A DNA stretch of 64,000 nucleotides from Chloroflexota bacterium (GTDB lineage: Bacteria > Chloroflexota > UBA11872 > VXNJ01). The notes below the pieces were generated by a model. The model saw only the letters and a program-made list of their open reading frames with translations. It had not been told where the DNA came from and ran no database searches. Positions 56,406 to 64,000 of the stretch are shown piece by piece. Both the position numbers and the translations under genes were made by a program. Positions within the stretch are counted from its first letter, which is position 1, and the number at the start of each line of letters is the position of its first letter. The stretch is taken from assembly GCA_965207915.1 (NCBI GenBank), contig OZ242304.1, forward strand, positions 406,196-470,195. The letters are read 5' to 3'.

Positions 56406-57466
56406 GCCAGTTCCCGGTAAACCGACAGGGTTTGCTGGGCGGTGTGCAGCCAGCTGAGCTCGGCGGCGCGGGCGGCGCCGGCGTCGATCAGTTCGGCGCG
56501 GGCAATCGGGTCCGAGCCCAGCACCCGGATCGCCTCGGCCCATTGCCCGGGATCATCCGGCGGCAACAGCAAGGCGGCGCCGCCGGTGACCTCCGGAGTG
56601 GCGCTGCAGGCGGCGGCAATGACCGGCACCCCGTGCGCCATCGCCTCGAGCGGTTCAAGACCGAATCCTTCGTAGCGCGAGGGCGCGAGCAGCATCCTTG
56701 CGCCGGCGTAAAGGGCGTGCTTGCGGGCCTCGCTAACCGGCCCGGTGAAGACCACCCAATCGTCCACCCCCAGCGCCCCCGCCAGCGCGGCATGGTCGGG
56801 TAGCAGATCGGTTCCCGCGTTGGGCACCGATCCGGCGACCACCAACTGCGGGCGGTCCGCGGCATCGATCTGCGCCAGGGCCATGATGGCGATCGCTATG
56901 TTCTTGCGAACGTCGCCAGAACCCAGATAGATGCAATACGGGCGCCGGATACCAAGATCGGCCAGGTGCACGTCGGTTTCCGCGCGGCTGATCTTCGGTG
57001 CCGGGTGGACGCCGAGATGGACGACCCGTACCTGCTCGCGCCGGATCTGCAGGTAGTGAACGATGTCGTCGGCCGCGGCCTGCGAATCGGCGATCACCAG
57101 ACGGGCCCGTTTGACCGCCCGGGCCATCAGCTGCAGATAGGCCCGCCAGCGCGGATCGGCCGAATACTCGGGAATCGCGAACCCGATCAAGTCGTGGATC
57201 GTGACCACGTCGATGCGGCCCAGCAATGGCCCGCTGAAGTAGGGAACGTGGCAGACATCGGGATCGCGTTGCAGCACCGTAAGCGGCCAGCCAACCTGCT
57301 CCCACCAGAGTTTGTCAAGACGCGCGCCCAGGCGCTGGGGCGGCCGCGCGGCCTCCACTCTGCAGTCCGGGGCCGCGCGGCGCAGCGCGGCGCAGAGGTT
57401 TTCGAAATACTGACCCGAACCGGTGGCGCGCTGTCCGGCAAACTGCCCGTTCAGAAGGATGTGCAT
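56402..57466 (-). CDS. GT4 glycosyltransferase
   Basis: 354 aa; ...PSRYEGFGLEPLEAMAHGVPVI GT4 motif. Confidence 0.78.
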   Translation of the reverse strand: MHILLNGQFAGQRATGSGQYFENLCAALRRAAPDCRVEAARPPQRLGARLDKLWWEQVGWPLTVLQRDPDVCHVPYFSGPLLGRIDVVTIHDLIGFAIPEYSADPRWRAYLQLMARAVKRARLVIADSQAAADDIVHYLQIRREQVRVVHLGVHPAPKISRAETDVHLADLGIRRPYCIYLGSGDVRKNIAIAIMALAQIDAADRPQLVVAGSVPNAGTDLLPDHAALAGALGVDDWVVFTGPVSEARKHALYAGARMLLAPSRYEGFGLEPLEAMAHGVPVIAAACSATPEVTGGAALLLPPDDPGQWAEAIRVLGSDPIARAELIDAGAARAAELSWLHTAQQTLSVYRELA

Positions 57467-57500
57467 TGCGCGGGCATGGCGCGCGCCGGAAGTCGGCGCG

Positions 57501-58139
57501 CTAGCTCTTGTTCACGCCGATACGGCGACCTACTCCGTATAGCGTGCTGTCGTCGTATTTCTCCTGGTGCTTTAGCTGCAGAAGGACTGAGAGCACGGCG
57601 GCCCCGATAAACAACTCCCACGACCGGTCGACGATGGCGAAAACGAAGGGAAACAGGCGGTAGGTGACCGAGGTCGCAAAAAACGTGCGTCGCCTGGTAA
57701 GCAGCGCGATTGCCCAGATCCCCAGGGTGATGGCCGGGATAACCGGGAAGGCCCGGCCCAGATAGAAGTCGAGGAAGAACACGCACCAGCCGACCACGGT
57801 GGTTCCCCGGCTGCCGCCGCGGAACCGGGTAAATAGCGGCCAAAGTGCCCCGCTGGTCGCGCCGCCGATGCCGATCATGAGGGCGGCCCTGTCGCCCGGC
57901 AAGAACGTGTGGGAAATATGGACCGCCAGCAGACCGACCGCGCAGTTGCTGGCGAACGTCATGACGGCCGGCCGGTAGCCACCGTTGAAGAACGAACTGT
58001 ATATCGACGCGTTGCCGGTGCCTACCCGCCGGAGGTCGGCGTGTGCGAAGACGCGCGTCCACACGTAGGCGAAAGGGATGGAACCGAGAACGTAGGTGGA
58101 CAACGCGAGAACCGCGTACTGGGAAAGTTCTTCGGCCAC
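57501..58139 (-). CDS. plsY: glycerol-3-phosphate acyltransferase PlsY-like membrane protein
   Basis: 212 aa polytopic; GTGNAS (compare the GSGNxGATN motif); typical PlsY size. Confidence 0.6.
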   Translation of the reverse strand: MAEELSQYAVLALSTYVLGSIPFAYVWTRVFAHADLRRVGTGNASIYSSFFNGGYRPAVMTFASNCAVGLLAVHISHTFLPGDRAALMIGIGGATSGALWPLFTRFRGGSRGTTVVGWCVFFLDFYLGRAFPVIPAITLGIWAIALLTRRRTFFATSVTYRLFPFVFAIVDRSWELFIGAAVLSVLLQLKHQEKYDDSTLYGVGRRIGVNKS

Positions 58140-58390
58140 GGTTATTGGCCACCCCCAAGTCGCAACGATCCTGCATTCACCCGAGGACGCCCGGCCACGG
58201 CGGCGGCGATCGTTTCGCGCCTGTCTGGCAGGCGATTGCTACAGGTCGCCCGATTGTACGGGGGCTTATGTGGACGACTAGACGAGTCCCCTCATACACT
58301 GCCGCCGGCAGGCTCTAGCACATGATCTAACAAAGCGTATATACTTACGCCCCCATAACGGCATATGCACAACTCTGATACAGGGACTGA

Positions 58391-58564
58391 TGTCGGAGAC
58401 CTTCCGAACCTACCAGCAACGCGGCTACCTCTCGCGCCGCGGCTGCCAGCGCCTCAATCAGGTGCTGGCCGAATGCACCGACCTCTACAACGCCGAACTG
58501 CAGCTGTGGCGCCAGCAGTACAAGCAATTGTCTTTTTTGTCAAGTCCGGAAGGGGTGAGTTGAG
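58391..58564 (+). pseudogene. tnpB: tnpB 5' fragment (IS605 OrfB N-terminus, truncated by IS110 insertion)
   Basis: Encodes MSETFRTYQQRGYLSRRGCQRLNQVLAECTDLYNAELQLWRQQYKQ..., the typical TnpB N-terminus, ending in a premature stop at the IS110 junction. Confidence 0.6.
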
Positions 58565-61035
<2,471 letters not shown>

Positions 61036-61172
61036 ATGTATTCTGGCCGGCCGATGGTTGGTTATGTATATAAGCCCCCTTGTACGGCTGGCGATTTCCA
61101 ACTAAATCCAAGAAAACTGGCGAAATTGAACGGAAAATTCCAACGTCTACGCTCACCGTGCGGAATGCACCG

Positions 61173-62132
61173 ATGCCATTAGATCCACGCTTGTTCAGGC
61201 CCGACGCGGTCAGCCCGGAGATGACCGCATTCAATGCCCGGCTGGGCGCGGAGATTTCCGCCGTGCCGCCGATCACCGAATTCGATCCGGCCGAGGTGCG
61301 CGGCGCCGAGCGCGAAGGCCGTCCCGGCAAACCGCCGCCGGTTGCGCTGGACAACGCCTGCGAGTTGACCTGCGCCGGACCGTCGGGTGAAATCCCGATG
61401 CGGGCCTTCATACCCCGGGAGTGCGCCGGCGCATACCTGCACATCCACGGAGGGGGCTGGGTGCTGGGCGGCTACGACCTCCAGGACGAGGCGCTCTGGC
61501 GGATGGCCCGGGAGACCAACCTGGCCGTTATCAGCGTTGAATACCGGCTGGCGCCGGAGCATCCCTACCCGGCTGGGCCGGACGACTGCGAGGCGGCCGC
61601 CCGCTGGCTGGTCGAGAATTCCCGCCCCCGATTCGGGACCGACTGCCTGGTAATCGGCGGCGAATCGGCCGGCGCGCACCTCTCCGCGGTAACTGTCCTG
61701 CGGATGCGTGACCGGCACGGTTTCACGGCCTGGTCGGGAGCCGATTTCGTTTACGGGGCGTTTGATTTCTCGGGCGCCTGCCCTTCCCGGACCCACATCG
61801 GGGCCGACAGCCTGGTGATAAACGCCGCCAACATGCCCTGGTTCGTGGGCCATTTCCTCGGGGGCCGGGAAATCGATCCCGCTGATCCGGACCTCTCCCC
61901 GCTGCATGCCCCGTTGCACGGCCTGCCGCCCGCGTTGTTCAGCGTGGGTACAGCCGATCCGCTGCTGGACGACTCGTTGTTCATGTACGCCCGCTGGATA
62001 GCGGCCGGCAATCCCGCCGAAATCCAGATCTATCCCGGCGCCGCGCATGCCTTCGATTCCAGGCAATCACCGCTGGCCGAGCGATTCCACCAGCAGCGCC
62101 ACCGATTCCTGCGCGATTGCGCCGGCGGCTAG
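61173..62132 (+). CDS. alpha/beta-hydrolase fold-3 esterase/lipase (HSL family)
   Basis: HGGGW oxyanion motif and GESAGA nucleophile elbow; start moved to MPLDPRLF. Confidence 0.8.
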   Translation: MPLDPRLFRPDAVSPEMTAFNARLGAEISAVPPITEFDPAEVRGAEREGRPGKPPPVALDNACELTCAGPSGEIPMRAFIPRECAGAYLHIHGGGWVLGGYDLQDEALWRMARETNLAVISVEYRLAPEHPYPAGPDDCEAAARWLVENSRPRFGTDCLVIGGESAGAHLSAVTVLRMRDRHGFTAWSGADFVYGAFDFSGACPSRTHIGADSLVINAANMPWFVGHFLGGREIDPADPDLSPLHAPLHGLPPALFSVGTADPLLDDSLFMYARWIAAGNPAEIQIYPGAAHAFDSRQSPLAERFHQQRHRFLRDCAGG

Positions 62133-62157
62133 CGAACGGCCGCGCCGGCCGGAAATT

Positions 62158-63291
62158 TCAGTTCAGCGCGCTTCGATAGCTGGCCAGGGTCTCCCGCGCC
62201 GCCCGATCCCAGTCGAATTCGCGGGCCCGGGCGACCCCGGCGCCTAGCCGGAGATCGCGGTCGGTGCCGGGTTCAAGGGCCTCTGCGAGCGCATCGGCGA
62301 TAGCCTCCACGTCAAAAGGGTCCACCAACAGGGCCGCCCCGCCCGCGATCTCCGGCATGCAGGAAGCGTTGGCCGTTACCACCGGCACGGAATGCGCCAT
62401 CGCTTCGATGATGGGCAACAGGAATCCTTCGGCTTCGGATACGGCCGCCAGGGCCTGGGCCCGCACATAGAGTGCCCGCAGCAAACCGTCGTCTATGCTC
62501 CCCAGGCGCACCAGGAATCCCTCTCCAAACCGGTCAATACTGGCCAGATCCTGGTCGGAGATCCAGCCGGTCGCGCCGACGTGCACCAGGCCCACGTCAT
62601 GCCCGCGCGAGCGCAATTGGGCTACCGCTCGAACCGTTCGCAGCATGTTTTTGCGCGGCTGAAGGGTGCCGACGCTGAGCACGAAGCGTTCCGGCAATTG
62701 AAGTTCATCAAGGCGATCCAATTCGTCCTGAGTCGGCGGCTTCGCCAGTTTCTCGTCCAGCCCGTTGTAGATGACATCGATGCGGTCGGCATCGTAGCCG
62801 AGCAGGTCGCCGACGGCGGCGGCGGTATGTGCGGAAACGCAATGGACGCGGTCGGCAATTTCGATGCTGCGTCGCACCGCCCGGTCCAGCCGCTCGCGCA
62901 ATCGCGGTTCGGCGGTGTGCGGGTGGGTCAGGTAGGTCAGGTCGTGAATCGTCAATACCCGCCGGCGGGCGAACGAATACGGCAACAAAAAGTCCGGCGA
63001 ATGAAGCAGGTCCAGCCTCCCGGTGAACAGCTCCACCGGTATTGGGGCGCGCATGCGCTGCCAGATGAAGAACCCGAGTCGCGGGGATACCGGAATCAGC
63101 GACGGGATCACGCCGTGGTCGGCCAGGGACTCCTCGAAGCCGCGAGCGATTCGCTGCCCCAGGTAAAAAACGACCCATTCGATGTCCGGTTCGCGACGCC
63201 GCAGCATCGCCAGCAACAGCGACCTGGCCGCCCTTCCAATTCCGGCGCCCTGCCACGCGGCGGCGGTGGCGTCGAATCCGACCCGGATCAA
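62158..63291 (-). CDS. GT4 glycosyltransferase
   Basis: Track ORF is N-extended; probable TTG start at ...KLIRVGFDATAA; C-terminal ...SEAEGFLLPIIEAMAHSVPVV GT4 motif. Confidence 0.7.
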   Translation of the reverse strand: MIRVGFDATAAAWQGAGIGRAARSLLLAMLRRREPDIEWVVFYLGQRIARGFEESLADHGVIPSLIPVSPRLGFFIWQRMRAPIPVELFTGRLDLLHSPDFLLPYSFARRRVLTIHDLTYLTHPHTAEPRLRERLDRAVRRSIEIADRVHCVSAHTAAAVGDLLGYDADRIDVIYNGLDEKLAKPPTQDELDRLDELQLPERFVLSVGTLQPRKNMLRTVRAVAQLRSRGHDVGLVHVGATGWISDQDLASIDRFGEGFLVRLGSIDDGLLRALYVRAQALAAVSEAEGFLLPIIEAMAHSVPVVTANASCMPEIAGGAALLVDPFDVEAIADALAEALEPGTDRDLRLGAGVARAREFDWDRAARETLASYRSALN

Positions 63292-64000
63292 TTTCGGCCG
63301 CTCCGACCCGGCGGGCAGAGCCCGATCCCGATGACAATCCCCAGGATGATCCCCAGTCCGCCGACCAGCATGTAGTCGACCAGGCCGTGCAACAGAAAAG
63401 CCGCCAGCAGACAGGCAGTACCGATATCTATCCAATCCGATTCCGGGCGAAATAGCCTGCGCGCCGCCGGCGCCAGGCTGGTGAGCAAGGCGGCTGCAAA
63501 CAAGGCGAGGCCCAGAAGTCCGGTTTCGCTGGCCAGCACCAAGATCAGGTTGTGGGCATGGCCCAGTGATTCGAACCACGGCGAGACCATGTAACGGGGG
63601 TAGGCCTCGTCAAAATTGCCAAGGCCAACCCCGCCGACCGGGTTGTCCAGCGTCATCCGGGTCGCCGCCAGCCAGAAGCCCACCCGCTGGTCGATGGAAA
63701 AACTCTGTTCGTTCGGATTGGCGACCACGTCGCGCGGGCGGATCGATCCCTCGAGCAGTCCGGCCGGCTCGGCCGGCGGTTGCGCCATCACCAGCAGAGC
63801 CAACAACCCGGCCGCGACAACCAACCCCAAAGCGGCCGCCGTGATCGGGCGCAGGATCTGGTGGCGCAGTTGCGGGTACGTCAGCAGCAGGGCCATCGCG
63901 CTGATGCCGGCGATCGAGAGCCAAGCCCCGCGCGAGAACGAAAAAAGCGCTCCGGCCAGGGCGCAGCTCGCCACCGCAATACCGATCCAGCGGGTCCTTT
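63288..64000 (-). CDS. O-antigen ligase (WaaL/Wzy_C)-like polytopic membrane protein, partial (continues past the window end)
   Basis: Hydrophobic helices plus the conserved ...RVGFWLAA...GVGLGNF...H.HN..L... Wzy_C-type loop. Confidence 0.6.
   Translation of the reverse strand, partial: RTRWIGIAVASCALAGALFSFSRGAWLSIAGISAMALLLTYPQLRHQILRPITAAALGLVVAAGLLALLVMAQPPAEPAGLLEGSIRPRDVVANPNEQSFSIDQRVGFWLAATRMTLDNPVGGVGLGNFDEAYPRYMVSPWFESLGHAHNLILVLASETGLLGLALFAAALLTSLAPAARRLFRPESDWIDIGTACLLAAFLLHGLVDYMLVGGLGIILGIVIGIGLCPPGRSGRN

Overview
This is high-GC (~68%) bacterial chromosomal DNA with no rRNA, tRNA or CRISPR arrays detected. A few manually derived coordinates may be off by 1-2 nt; ORF-track coordinates were used wherever possible.

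First ~21 kb, all on the minus strand: a contiguous transcription/translation super-operon running rpoB-rpoC-rpsL-rpsG-fusA-tuf-rpsJ-rplC-rplD-rplW-rplB-rpsS-rplV-rpsC-rplP-rpmC-rpsQ-rplN-rplX-rplE-rpsZ-rpsH-rplF-rplR-rpsE-rpmD-rplO. rplO runs off the window start.

Next, also on the minus strand: a tightly coupled operon of a small ORF, a 730-aa NHL-repeat lipoprotein, grpE, a full-length Zn-finger dnaJ, prmA, mtaB and a HIT hydrolase. Divergent from it (plus strand) are miaB, a 604-aa Tat-lipoprotein, an Eis-like GNAT acetyltransferase and an AhpE-like peroxiredoxin.

A second, HspR-type heat-shock super-cluster follows on the minus strand: lon-dnaK-grpE-dnaJ(no Zn finger)-hspR-clpC/B. It has a strong sigma70-like promoter and a HAIR-like inverted repeat upstream of lon.

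Downstream lie:
- an orphan ABC substrate-binding lipoprotein
- a structured leader plus intrinsic terminator ahead of a shikimate operon (aroF-aroA-aroE-aroK-aroB)
- a tightly coupled trio: PLDc_N/gamma-carbonic-anhydrase fusion, MoaD-like carrier, PHP/TrpH-like phosphoesterase
- a phosphatidylinositol-mannoside-like lipid locus (acyltransferase-GT4-CDP-alcohol phosphatidyltransferase)
- RNase Y, two more GT4 glycosyltransferases and plsY
- a nested mobile-element scar: an IS605-family tnpB-only element split by an IS110-family IS
- an esterase, a GT4 and a partial O-antigen-ligase-like gene

The contexts I rate most novel are the NHL-lipoprotein/GrpE/DnaJ coupling, the PLDc_N-gammaCA/MoaD/PHP trio, the aroF leader element and the nested TnpB/IS110 element.
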